A stretch of DNA of 64,000 bases from a bacterium (GTDB lineage: Bacteria > Bacteroidota > Bacteroidia > Bacteroidales > Muribaculaceae), in the NCBI GenBank assembly GCA_004563195.1, contig SFTJ01000004.1, forward strand, positions 531 through 64,530. The letters run 5' to 3'. Made by a program: the position numbers and the translations under genes. The notes beneath the pieces were generated by a model that did not search any database, was not told the DNA's origin, and saw only the letters and a program-made list of their open reading frames with translations. This document shows, one piece after another, positions 8,808 through 18,610 of this stretch. The first letter of the stretch is position 1, and each line of letters opens with the position of its first letter.

Positions 8808-9593
8808 TTATTTGTTCGAAGCCTTTATGCCTGCTATCACGGCATTGGTAAATCCGTTGGCTTCCATAGCATTCAAGCCCTTGATGGTGATGCCGCCGGG
8901 TGTGGTTACGCGGTCGATTTCCACCTCGGGATGATGTCCGGTGGCTTTGAGCAGTGCCACGGCTCCTGCCATGGTCTGTAGCATAATGCGGCTTGCCTGG
9001 TCGGGATAAAGTCCCAATTCCACGCCTCCTTCGGTAGCTGCGCGTATGTAGCGCATCACATAGGCTATGCCGCACGACGAAAGCGCAGTGCAAGCGCCCA
9101 TCTGACGCTCTTCTATCATCATCACATCGCCCACCAGGCCAAACAGCTCGCTCACTGCAGCCACTTGCTCGGCGCTCGCTCCTCGCTGCGCCAGGAATGT
9201 CATGCTCTCGCCATAAGCTATGGCAAGGTTGGGTATCATGCGGAACAGCGCTGCCTGCTCGGCATCGGCTCCGGCATACGAAGCCAAGTGGTCGAGGGGC
9301 ACTCCTGCCACCACCGATATCAATATCTGTCGCTTGAAATCGATTTTCTCCACAAGCGGGTTCATCACCACATCTATCAGCCACGGCTTCACCACCACTA
9401 TTATCACATCGGTGCCGGTCACGGCTGCTTCATTGTCGGTGCTTACCGTCATGCCTGGATATTGTGCCTTATATGATGCCAATGTCTTCTCATTCACATC
9501 GCAAAGCACCAAGTCGGCTTCCTTGCCCACTTTTGCCAATCCGGTTGCTATCGAGCCGCCCATATTGCCGGCTCCTATTATTCCTATTTTCAT
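8808..9593 (-). CDS. proC: pyrroline-5-carboxylate reductase
   Basis: 261 aa. N-terminal Rossmann motif IGIIGAGNMGGSI and C-terminal TTPGGITIKG. Confidence 0.9.
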   Translation of the reverse strand: MKIGIIGAGNMGGSIATGLAKVGKEADLVLCDVNEKTLASYKAQYPGMTVSTDNEAAVTGTDVIIVVVKPWLIDVVMNPLVEKIDFKRQILISVVAGVPLDHLASYAGADAEQAALFRMIPNLAIAYGESMTFLAQRGASAEQVAAVSELFGLVGDVMMIEERQMGACTALSSCGIAYVMRYIRAATEGGVELGLYPDQASRIMLQTMAGAVALLKATGHHPEVEIDRVTTPGGITIKGLNAMEANGFTNAVIAGIKASNK

Positions 9594-9820
9594 AGCTGTC
9601 TTACGTTTCCGTTCGGTTTAAAAAAATTATTTTTTTACACGCTGATTACTATTCCACAAATATAGCACTTTTTCGCGTGGTTTCTAACTGTGATAATAAA
9701 AAGTTTTCACTCTCCACGCACTGCTGCGCGGGGGGCTTAATGCAAACAATCCCGTCTCGCTGTATTATTTTTTTGCAAGTCGGGATTGTGTCATATAGCT
9801 AATGTGTGAAATGTCTTTGC

Positions 9821-10942
9821 TTAGAGCACCTTCTTGAGGCGAGCTACAAACTCGTCGGCCTGCGCCTTGGTGAGTACCAATGGCGGGAGCAGACGCAGCA
9901 CGTTTGTACCCGATGCGCCGGTAAACACATGTTGCTCCTTAAGCAGACGCAAGCGCAATTCCTTCACAGGCTGTTCAAATTCCAAGCCTATCATCAAGCC
10001 ACGACCGCGCACTTCCTTTATTTGTGGCAGTTTCTTGAGTTCGGCTATGAGATATTCGCCCACTTCGGCTGCATTCTGCACAAGGTGTTCGCTCTCAAAT
10101 ATCTCAAGCACGGCAATGGCGGCTGCACAACCTAAGTGGTTGCCGCCAAATGTGGTGCCGAGTTGTCCGTACACGGGCTTGAACTTGGGGCTGATGAGCA
10201 CTCCGGCAAAGGGATAGCCGTTGGCGATGCCCTTAGCCATAGTAATCATGTCGGGGCGGATGCCTGAGTGCTGGTGAGCAAAGAATCGGCCCGAACGGCC
10301 GTAGCCGCTCTGTATCTCGTCGAGTATGAGCACGGTGTTGTGACGGTCGCACTCTTCGCGCAATCCTTTGAGGAAGTCGTCGGTGGGTATTTGCACTCCG
10401 CCCACGCCTTGTATGCCTTCCACTATCACTGCACACACATCGCCGGCTGCCAATTCGCGGCGCACGGCATCGAGGTCGTTGAGCGGAAGGAAGGTTACAT
10501 GGCCATTATCGTTGATTGGAGCCACTATCTTGGGATTGTTGGTGGCCTCAACGGCAAGCGAAGTGCGTCCGTGAAATGCCTTATTGAAGGCTATCACGCG
10601 GCGGCGTCCGTTGTAGAACGATGCCAATTTCAGCGCATTTTCGTTGGCCTCTGCGCCCGAATTGATGAGAAACAGCTGATAATCGTCATATCCGCAGGCT
10701 TTGCCGAGCAGGTCGGCAAGGCGTTGCTGCAAACCATTGATTACCGAATTGCTGTAGAACACCAGATTCTCGGCTTGATGCTTGAGTGCCTGCACATAGT
10801 GAGGATGAGAGTGACCCACCGATATCACGGCATGGCCGCCATAGAGGTCGAGATATTCGTTGCCCTCGCTGTCGTAGGTGTGGCAGCCCTCGCCTCTCAC
10901 TATCTCCACATCGAATAGTGGATATACGTCAAATAGTTTCAT
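9821..10942 (-). CDS. argD: acetyl/succinyl-ornithine aminotransferase (class III PLP aminotransferase)
   Basis: 373 aa. DLYGGHAVISVGH, ILDEIQSGYGRSG and MAKGIANGYP; sits within the arginine operon. Confidence 0.88.
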   Translation of the reverse strand: MKLFDVYPLFDVEIVRGEGCHTYDSEGNEYLDLYGGHAVISVGHSHPHYVQALKHQAENLVFYSNSVINGLQQRLADLLGKACGYDDYQLFLINSGAEANENALKLASFYNGRRRVIAFNKAFHGRTSLAVEATNNPKIVAPINDNGHVTFLPLNDLDAVRRELAAGDVCAVIVEGIQGVGGVQIPTDDFLKGLREECDRHNTVLILDEIQSGYGRSGRFFAHQHSGIRPDMITMAKGIANGYPFAGVLISPKFKPVYGQLGTTFGGNHLGCAAAIAVLEIFESEHLVQNAAEVGEYLIAELKKLPQIKEVRGRGLMIGLEFEQPVKELRLRLLKEQHVFTGASGTNVLRLLPPLVLTKAQADEFVARLKKVL

Positions 10943-10987
10943 TTCGAAGATAAGTTTCTTGTTGTGTCTTTTAAAAAATTAACCGGA

Positions 10988-11956
10988 TTAGAATGCCGAA
11001 GCCTTCAGGCGCAACCCGTCTTTCTCGTCGATGCCGAACATGAGATTCATATTCTGCACAGCCTGACCTACGGCGCCCTTGAGCAAATTGTCGATGGCGC
11101 ATATCATGAGCAGCTGATCTTCATATTTCTCCACATACACCACTGCCTTGTTGGTGTTGACCACTTGCTTCATATCGGGGCTTGTGGTGGTGAAATGTGT
11201 AAATGCCGCATCGGCATAATAGTCGGCATAGATGCGCTGCACATCCTCGAGCGGGGCATCGCATTTGGCATAGGCGGTGACATATATTCCGCGGGCAAAA
11301 CATCCTCGCTGGGGTATGAAAAGCACTCTGCCATCGTAGCCGGGATGCAATTCCTGCACCGTTTGTCCTATCTCGAGCAGATGCTGATGGCGGAATGTCT
11401 TGTAGACCGAAATATTATCGTTTCGCCACGAATAGTGTGTGGTGGCGCCGGGCTTCTGTCCGGCTCCGGTGCTACCTGTGATGCCGTTTACGTGTATGTC
11501 GCCGCTTATCAAGCCTGCCTTGAGGGCGGGTAGCAGCGCCAACTGTATGCAGGTGGCAAAACAGCCGGGATTGGCGAGATGCGTTGCCTTCATTATCTGC
11601 GGGCGATGCGTCTCGGGCAAGCCATAGATGTAGTCGTGCTCGGGCGAGGCTATTCTGAAGTCCTGCGCGAGGTCGATAATCTTCACATTCTCGGGTATGC
11701 TGTGCTCCTTGAGAAATGCTGCGCTCTTGCCGTGTCCGAAGCAGAAAAACACCACATCTACAGCATCGAACGGCATATCGCTGCTGAAGGTCATCTCGGT
11801 TTCGCCTATCAGACCTTCGTGCACTTCATACACCTTATTTCCGGCGTTGCTCTCCGAGTTGGCAAACACTATTTGCACCTCGGGGTGATTGAGCAGCACG
11901 CGTATGAGTTCGCCGCCGGTATAGCCGGCGGCTCCCAATATTCCTACTTTAATCAT
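10988..11956 (-). CDS. argC: N-acyl-gamma-glutamyl-phosphate reductase
   Basis: Start moved to MIKVGILGAAGYTGGEL (the listed ORF runs to 12007 and would overlap argG). Active-site motif LANPGCFAT. Confidence 0.9.
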   Translation of the reverse strand: MIKVGILGAAGYTGGELIRVLLNHPEVQIVFANSESNAGNKVYEVHEGLIGETEMTFSSDMPFDAVDVVFFCFGHGKSAAFLKEHSIPENVKIIDLAQDFRIASPEHDYIYGLPETHRPQIMKATHLANPGCFATCIQLALLPALKAGLISGDIHVNGITGSTGAGQKPGATTHYSWRNDNISVYKTFRHQHLLEIGQTVQELHPGYDGRVLFIPQRGCFARGIYVTAYAKCDAPLEDVQRIYADYYADAAFTHFTTTSPDMKQVVNTNKAVVYVEKYEDQLLMICAIDNLLKGAVGQAVQNMNLMFGIDEKDGLRLKASAF

Positions 11957-11969
11957 AGCATTGCGGGCA

Positions 11970-13169
11970 TTAGCGTTGCTCATCGGGGTGAGCCAAATAA
12001 TAGGCACGAAGCGCTGTACTGGTCACCTTGATAAATCCCTTGGCGTCGTCCGACGACCATGCCTTGGCGGTCTCGCCATATTCGCCCAGCTTATTCTTCA
12101 CCAAGTCGTTAGGTGAGTCCACACCGAGTGTCTGGAAGCTGTAGGGACGCAATTCGAGGGTTACCTCGCCGGTAACATTGCGCTGCGAGCTGGTGAGCAT
12201 GGCTTCGATGTCGGGCATCACGGGTTCGAGATACTGACTCTCGTGAAGGAACATGCCGTACCAGTTGCTAACCTGGTCTTTCCAGTATTGTTGCCACTTC
12301 GACAGAGTGTATTTCTCGAGGAAACGGTGAGCGCCTATGATGAGCATAGGAGCTGCGGCTTCGAAGCCCACACGACCCTTGATGCCTATAATAGTGTCGC
12401 CCACATGGCAGTCGCGACCTATGGCATAGGCTGCTCCTATCTTTTCCACCTCTTGTATGGCGGCTATCTTGTCGTCGTAGTGAACGCCGTTAACCGAGCA
12501 GAGTTCACCCTTCTCGAAGCCGAGGCGAAGCACTTCGGGCTCTTGCTTGGTGGGGTGCTTGAGATAAGCCGATTCGGGCAATCCTTGAGTGGAATCGAGA
12601 ATCTCGCCGCCGCAAATCGATGTTCCCCATATTCCCACATTGTAGGAATACTTCAACTTGGTGAAATCGGCAAAAAATCCGTGCTCGTTGAGATAATCTA
12701 TTTCCTCCTGGCGCGAGAGGTTGCCATCGCGAGTGAGAGTGATAATCTCCACACCCGGAGCGAGCACCAGGAATGTCATATCGAAGCGTATTTGGTCGTT
12801 GCCGGCACCGGTCGAACCGTGTGCTATGGCATGTGCTCCTATCTCATTGGCATAGCGCGCTATGGCTATGGCTTGAAATATGCGCTCGCTGCTCACACTG
12901 ATGGGATAGCAGTTGTTGCGAAGCACATTGCCGTATATCATATAGCGAAGCGACTTATCGTAATATTCGCGAGTTACATCGAGGGTTACATATTTCACTG
13001 CGCCGAGTCGATAGGCGTTTTCCTCGTTGGTCTTCAGTTGCTCGGGGCTGAAACCTCCGGTGTTGGCACATGCGGCATACACTTCGTAGCCGTCGTTGGC
13101 AAGTTTCATCACCGTATAAGAGGTGTCGAGTCCTCCCGAAAATGCCACTACCACTTTCTTCTTTTCCAT
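11970..13169 (-). CDS. argG: argininosuccinate synthase
   Basis: 399 aa. ATP-binding motif AFSGGLDTS and HGSTGAGNDQIRF. Confidence 0.93.
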   Translation of the reverse strand: MEKKKVVVAFSGGLDTSYTVMKLANDGYEVYAACANTGGFSPEQLKTNEENAYRLGAVKYVTLDVTREYYDKSLRYMIYGNVLRNNCYPISVSSERIFQAIAIARYANEIGAHAIAHGSTGAGNDQIRFDMTFLVLAPGVEIITLTRDGNLSRQEEIDYLNEHGFFADFTKLKYSYNVGIWGTSICGGEILDSTQGLPESAYLKHPTKQEPEVLRLGFEKGELCSVNGVHYDDKIAAIQEVEKIGAAYAIGRDCHVGDTIIGIKGRVGFEAAAPMLIIGAHRFLEKYTLSKWQQYWKDQVSNWYGMFLHESQYLEPVMPDIEAMLTSSQRNVTGEVTLELRPYSFQTLGVDSPNDLVKNKLGEYGETAKAWSSDDAKGFIKVTSTALRAYYLAHPDEQR

Positions 13170-13231
13170 ATTATCAATGTTTTTTTTGTAGTTGTTGTTG
13201 TAAAGTTGTTAGTTGGTCAGCTTATCTATGT

Positions 13232-13789
13232 TTACTTGGCGTCGTCGGGATGTTCGGCAGGGTCGTAGAGCATACCGGTGCACAAGCACTTGGTGCCGCC
13301 GTAGCGCTGCAACACATCGTAGTTAACACAGTTTTCGCAGCCTCTCCAAAATGCCTCATCGTCGGTCAACGAAGGGAAAGTGACAGGACGATAACCCAAC
13401 TCGCTATTCATTTTCATTACCGCCTCTCCTGTGGTTAAGCTGAATATTTTTGCCTCAGGAAACATTTCACGCGATAAATCAAAAATTCGTCGTTTTATTC
13501 GCTTGGCCAATCCTATTCCCCTGAATTTGGGCGATACGATTAGACCTGAGTTTGCTACAAACTTCTTGTCGCTCCAGCACTCGATGTAGCTGAATCCTGC
13601 AAATTCTCCGTGATAGAGCGCTACTACGGCCTTATGCTCACGCATCTTCTGCGCTACATATTCGGGCGATCGCTTGGCGATACCCGTGCCGCGAACCTTG
13701 GCTGCTGCTGCTATTGTGTCAAGTATCTCTTGCACATATTGCTCGTGCTCAGCCCCGGCAACAACGATTTCGATTTCCTCTGAATTCAT
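13232..13789 (-). CDS. GNAT-family N-acyltransferase of the arginine operon (candidate glutamate N-acyltransferase)
   Basis: The ATG (MNSEEIEIVV...) is at 13789; the listed ORF begins at an upstream TTG. GNAT acyl-CoA motif PKFRGIGLAKRI. Cys-rich C terminus GCENC...CLC. Lies between argR and argG. Confidence 0.75.
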   Translation of the reverse strand: MNSEEIEIVVAGAEHEQYVQEILDTIAAAAKVRGTGIAKRSPEYVAQKMREHKAVVALYHGEFAGFSYIECWSDKKFVANSGLIVSPKFRGIGLAKRIKRRIFDLSREMFPEAKIFSLTTGEAVMKMNSELGYRPVTFPSLTDDEAFWRGCENCVNYDVLQRYGGTKCLCTGMLYDPAEHPDDAK

Positions 13790-14006
13790 TTTCTGATTCA
13801 AAATACTGTTTTTTTTAAAATTAGATTAATACTAAATATAATACCACATCGGTCGTACCATTGGGAGGCTTTTATATCGCCTCCTTTCGGCACAACCATA
13901 TATCTTTTCTATTGTCGATTTTCTTCTATCCGCAGCTACGGGGGTGCCGTCTCCGTCAGCTCTCTTTGCCGAGCTTTTCACCTCCGTGCCTCTCTTTCAT
14001 CGCTTA

Positions 14007-14495
14007 TCAGCGATCCTCCGATGTCGGAAAAAACTTCGAGAACACCTCGGTGGCTTGCTCTTGGGTCACACCTTCGCGAAGCACCGCAAACACCGTGTTG
14101 GCTCCTGCTATGGTGCCTATGATTTCGGGCGTTTGCGCTATGTCGATGTCGTATGCCAATCCGCTTGCATATCCGTTGCGGGTCTTGATTACTGCTATAT
14201 TACCCGAAAAATCGAGCGATACAAAACCCACTTTCGACGACCCCGACAAGGGGGCATTACCCGACTTCAGCATTGTGTCGTGCAAATCGTTGGCATCGGG
14301 TATGATATACATATAGCCGCCGCCATCGGTCGCTATTTTGCTGGTTTTTAATGTCTTCAAATCGCGCGATAATGTGGCTTGGGTCACAAATACTTTCTCC
14401 AACGCCAAATATCTTGCCAATTCTTCTTGACTGCCTACAACATTTCGTCGTATGATGTCTCTTATTAATTGCAATCGTGCTCTCTTGTTTTTCAT
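14007..14495 (-). CDS. argR: arginine repressor
   Basis: Start taken at MKNKRARLQLIRDII. Winged-helix motif SQEELARYLA...VTQATLSRDLK and C-terminal oligomerisation motif GTIAGANTVF. Confidence 0.88.
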   Translation of the reverse strand: MKNKRARLQLIRDIIRRNVVGSQEELARYLALEKVFVTQATLSRDLKTLKTSKIATDGGGYMYIIPDANDLHDTMLKSGNAPLSGSSKVGFVSLDFSGNIAVIKTRNGYASGLAYDIDIAQTPEIIGTIAGANTVFAVLREGVTQEQATEVFSKFFPTSEDR

Positions 14496-14572
14496 CGATT
14501 TTTTTATAGTTTGTTTAGTTGGGTACAAAAATAATAACAAAAAATCACTTTTATATGTTTTTTAGTGAACAA

Positions 14573-14590
14573 TTAGCATTATTATTCAAT
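14573..14590. promoter_or_regulatory. candidate ARG box upstream of argR
   Basis: TTAGCATTATTATTCAAT matches the enterobacterial ARG-box consensus TNTGAATWWWWATTCANW at 16 of 18 positions. An adjacent TGAAC half-site lies at 14566. The site is about 80 nt upstream of the argR ATG. Confidence 0.3.
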
Positions 14591-14676
14591 TTTTTATTGT
14601 TATTTTTCTCTATGCTTACTTAATATTGCCCCTAAAAACAGCTGCATCATTCTCGCCTCGCAGGTGTTTTGCCTTG

Positions 14677-15711
14677 TCACTGCACGCGTAACACATCTTT
14701 TTGCGCCGTTACATGGGGCAGACATCGTCGCATAAAGGGAATGATGAGAAAATACAGCGCCATCACTATCGTTATGCTCACTGCCAGGCGTGGCCAACCA
14801 TAGGCAACATACGGCTTGAGAAGCAGATTGGTCAACTGGTAGAGCACTTGGTGGGTGCATAATATCATTATCGAGTAGCGACCCCAATAGGTTATCACGG
14901 GCACGCGGCGCAACTTCTTGGCGAGAAATATTATCATCATTGTGCCCACTATGCCACACAGATGCGCCGACAGGTAGCACCCGGCAAAATTATTGCTGCG
15001 ATAATCGAGCGGATAGCTCAAAAACACAAGCAGCACCGGACACATCGCCACCATCCACCACATATATTTATCGTATTTCCACCCATAACGCAGCACATCG
15101 CTCTTGCGATTGAGCACATAGCCTAAGGCAAAAAACGGCATCGCCGTGAGCGCCGTGTCGAGATAGAGTGGCAGATTGATGCGCAAATAGCTGAGTATCA
15201 TACCCGTAACACCCGACGCCAACGAGAGCGCAACCACCGCCCACGCAGCTCGGCTGTGCAAGGGCTTGCACGCTTGATGTATGAGATAGAATATGATGTT
15301 GACATTGAAAAGGCACAGCAAGAACCAAATGGCGGCATTGGGATAATTCTCGGTGCCAAGCTGCATCATATTGTGCACAAAGTCGAACGATGGCCTGAAT
15401 ATCTGCATCTTGATGTTGAAGAAATGATAAAGCACCATTGGCAGCACCACGCTGCATGTTACGTAGAAAAAGGCAAACGGGATGAGCAACTTATTGACCT
15501 TGCGCTTGAAAAATCCCCAAAAGCCTTCGTATTGCTTAAAAAACACGCCCGAGAGAAAAAAATAGAGCGGCATACGAAAGCACTTCAGCACCGAGTCGTA
15601 GGGTAAACTGAGTTTATAGTATGCCATCATGTGCGACAACACCACCAGGAGTATGCACATACCCTTGGCCAAATCGATATATTCTATTCTTTTTGTCGAT
15701 GACTGATTCAC
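14677..15711 (-). CDS. acyltransferase family 3 integral membrane protein
   Basis: 344 aa with about 10 predicted TM helices. N-terminal RIEYIDLAKGMCILLVVLSH is typical of acyltransferase_3. Confidence 0.8.
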   Translation of the reverse strand: MNQSSTKRIEYIDLAKGMCILLVVLSHMMAYYKLSLPYDSVLKCFRMPLYFFLSGVFFKQYEGFWGFFKRKVNKLLIPFAFFYVTCSVVLPMVLYHFFNIKMQIFRPSFDFVHNMMQLGTENYPNAAIWFLLCLFNVNIIFYLIHQACKPLHSRAAWAVVALSLASGVTGMILSYLRINLPLYLDTALTAMPFFALGYVLNRKSDVLRYGWKYDKYMWWMVAMCPVLLVFLSYPLDYRSNNFAGCYLSAHLCGIVGTMMIIFLAKKLRRVPVITYWGRYSIMILCTHQVLYQLTNLLLKPYVAYGWPRLAVSITIVMALYFLIIPFMRRCLPHVTAQKDVLRVQ

Positions 15712-15813
15712 TGAAGTAATATTTCCCTAAAAAACGGGTGCAAATTTAGCAATTTTTCTCGTATTTTGCTCTCCACAATCTGATTTTTAACCTATTACAT
15801 TTCGCCTTACGGC

Positions 15814-15862
15814 AAAAAACAAGGGAGAGATGCGCCCAAGCTATATCGAGGCCCATCTCTCC
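15814..15862 (-). terminator. intrinsic terminator after the T9SS cargo gene
   Basis: 9-bp stem GGAGAGATG (15824-15832) / CATCTCTCC (15854-15862). An A6 run just before the left arm gives T6 on the minus strand; a T-run is also present on the plus side. Confidence 0.6.
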
Positions 15863-15941
15863 GATTTTATTTATAATAATCCGGCATCACCCGCCGCCAA
15901 AAGAGGCCGCCTATTACGCGATGCCTATATTATTTTACTTA

Positions 15942-18383
15942 TTACTTGATAACTTTCACTGCCTTACCGGCTACGCTTACCACATACACACCGCCTTCGA
16001 GGTCGGTAGCAGGGATTACTGCACTGCCGTTGGCTGTAGCGGTAGCCACCACCTTGCCGGCTACGTCGTATACCACTACTTCGCCTTCGGCATTAGCCAC
16101 TACTATGTTGCCGCCTTTCACGGTCACCTTCATCGGGTTGGCTTCTACTACTTCCACACCCGAACCTGCGCTTTGCTTCACGGTGAACACCACGTCGCTG
16201 CATGTTGGGCTCGAGATAGTAACCTTAGCCACACGCTCGGTAGCATCTGATGCCAATTCGCCAACGGTTACCGACACTTTGCCCTCGGTGTTCGATCCGG
16301 CTCCGATCACTGTAGCCCAGTCTACTGTATTGCCTGCGCCATCTGCTACGCTATATGTCAAGTCGGCTGCATCGTAATAGGTGTCGAGTGCCAATTCGGC
16401 TGTGCCACCTGCTGCACCGAGTTCCACTTCGGTAGCGCTGAGTGCCTTCAACCATGGATCTTCCACTTCGAGTCCCACATACAAGTGGGTCTTCATAGGC
16501 TGATTGTTGGCGTCCGACAAGTTGGCTACATCGAACACAAATCCAACATCTTCGCCATTTTCCTTACCTGTGAAGTAGATAAACTGCGATGCATCGTCGT
16601 TAACATCGTTTGAGATAGTTTGAACCAAGTAAATGAGATTGTCAGCATTGCTATCGAGGTCGTAGACCATTGCAAAGATGTCTCTATCAAGCAATATGGG
16701 GTTCTCACCTTCGGCAACTGTGAAGTCGAACGGTATCATATAGTAGCTATACGAACCACCGAAATTAATCACCTTCATATCGGCAGCTGCACATTCAGCC
16801 GATGCAAATGCGCCATAAGGCATATTGTTAGGTGCGCAACGATAAAGCACCATGCTTAGTTTAGAGTCGTCTTGTATCAAACCATAAGCCATCACCCATA
16901 CTCGCTTGATGATGCATGGCTTAGCCGGCTTTTCAAACTTGGTAAGGAAACCGAGAGTTTCCAAATAATCGGTTTCGGTAGGAGTTTTGCCGAAGAACAT
17001 TTGTGTCCAAACGGTGTTGGTATACTTAAAGTAACCACTCAAAGGAATCGACTGGCTATTGTAAAGCATCGACACTCCGTCCTTTTCCAAGTTAGCGCGA
17101 GTCAATGGGAACGACTTGGTACCCAAATCGCCACCTCCACCTACATAAAGGCCGTGCACGGGATAAGTGAATGTGATATCGTCATATCCGTCAGCTGTAG
17201 CCGAGAGCGAAGGCAAAGTATAATAGTTTTCCTTGCGTGAAGGAGCAAATTCGGTTTCTATCGATGCTTCGCTCGAGGTGTTGTCGCCAAATGCCCATGA
17301 GTACGAAGTGATGTTGCTCGACAATACGCTGTTCCATGTGAGTGTAGTGTAAGCCGGAGCATACATAAAGGTGTAATCGTTTTCCTCATCACCTATCGAG
17401 CTATAGAGATCTTCAGAATAACCAAGGAACAACGATCCATAAGGCTTGTCATATTTTGCCAATAGCGGTTCTTGGTCTACCACTACATTATCTATAACCA
17501 TAGAGTTTCCACGGATACCTGCATAGCGGAATGCCACCTGCACTTCCTTACCTTCATAGTCGGCAAGCGAAATTTCCACCTTTTCATAACCCGAAGAACT
17601 GTAGTTGTCGAAAAGTTCACCAAGTTCCTTATCGCTCCACTGCGGCTCTACGTCGTAGATTTGCACCCACTCGCCTCCGGTTTCACGCACCCACACGGTG
17701 AGTGTTGCCGACACGATGCGGTTCTTGAACACGCGGTTGGTCCAATCGATGTTCTCGTTCGACATATCGTAGAGATACAATGGGTTGTAGCCCAAATAGA
17801 ACGAAAGCATCTCATTCTTGCGCAAGGTCATAGCCGGCGAGATGAGCCACTCATCTTGTGGAAGGTCCACACTCTGGTTGTTTTCGTCCTTCTCATAAGC
17901 ATAATAGATGATAGCATAATAGTTGCCATCAATAGGATTCAGCAAAGAGCCTTCCTGAGCACCTACGTGCCAAGTAAATTTGCCGTTTTCGAGCGTAGGA
18001 GCCTTGCCATCGCTGTTTTGTTCCGACCATCCGGCAGGAATCCAGTTGGCGCGCAAACCGTCCCATCCCTCAAAGCTTTCAGACAGTGTAGCACCTTCGG
18101 CTGCTTCTACAGGAGCTTGATAACTCTTGGCAGCCACGCTCTTGCCGTTCTTCACGATTCGCTTCACCAAGCCTCCGTCTCTTGTAGCACACACTTGCTC
18201 CACCACTCCCGGTGCCAATTGGGTTTCCGACACCACATTGGCTGCGCTTGCTGTGATAAGTTGTTGCTTTACTTTGCCGTCGATGGCATAATTTTGGCCT
18301 TGATTGAGCTTCGGGGCTTTCACAAAAGCCATACCCGACAAGCTCACCGCTGCCGCACTCATTAATAGTAAAAATTTCTTCAT
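15942..18383 (-). CDS. secreted T9SS cargo protein (choice-of-anchor-J-like N-terminal domain, C-terminal Por sorting domain)
   Basis: Start taken at MKKFLLLMSAAAVSLSGMAFV (signal peptide). ESFEGWDG...NWIPAGWSEQN. The last 70 aa (...VVVYDVAGKVV...LEGGVYVVSVAGKAVKVIK) fit a T9SS CTD. Confidence 0.8.
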   Translation of the reverse strand: MKKFLLLMSAAAVSLSGMAFVKAPKLNQGQNYAIDGKVKQQLITASAANVVSETQLAPGVVEQVCATRDGGLVKRIVKNGKSVAAKSYQAPVEAAEGATLSESFEGWDGLRANWIPAGWSEQNSDGKAPTLENGKFTWHVGAQEGSLLNPIDGNYYAIIYYAYEKDENNQSVDLPQDEWLISPAMTLRKNEMLSFYLGYNPLYLYDMSNENIDWTNRVFKNRIVSATLTVWVRETGGEWVQIYDVEPQWSDKELGELFDNYSSSGYEKVEISLADYEGKEVQVAFRYAGIRGNSMVIDNVVVDQEPLLAKYDKPYGSLFLGYSEDLYSSIGDEENDYTFMYAPAYTTLTWNSVLSSNITSYSWAFGDNTSSEASIETEFAPSRKENYYTLPSLSATADGYDDITFTYPVHGLYVGGGGDLGTKSFPLTRANLEKDGVSMLYNSQSIPLSGYFKYTNTVWTQMFFGKTPTETDYLETLGFLTKFEKPAKPCIIKRVWVMAYGLIQDDSKLSMVLYRCAPNNMPYGAFASAECAAADMKVINFGGSYSYYMIPFDFTVAEGENPILLDRDIFAMVYDLDSNADNLIYLVQTISNDVNDDASQFIYFTGKENGEDVGFVFDVANLSDANNQPMKTHLYVGLEVEDPWLKALSATEVELGAAGGTAELALDTYYDAADLTYSVADGAGNTVDWATVIGAGSNTEGKVSVTVGELASDATERVAKVTISSPTCSDVVFTVKQSAGSGVEVVEANPMKVTVKGGNIVVANAEGEVVVYDVAGKVVATATANGSAVIPATDLEGGVYVVSVAGKAVKVIK

Positions 18384-18610
18384 CTTCAATCTGTAGTTTA
18401 GTTTTTTTATTTTTGATAATATTAGGTGTCGCAAAGTTAGCACTATTTCCATAAAATCACAGTTTTTCATAACAAAATTTCTACATTAACCACCAAATTG
18501 TAACATCATACCCATTTATCACCACTTCACCATTACACCGGCATCGTCAATAACCACCACACAGCTGATGATTAAATCTCTCACAGATTACACAGACGCT
18601 TTTCTCATCA

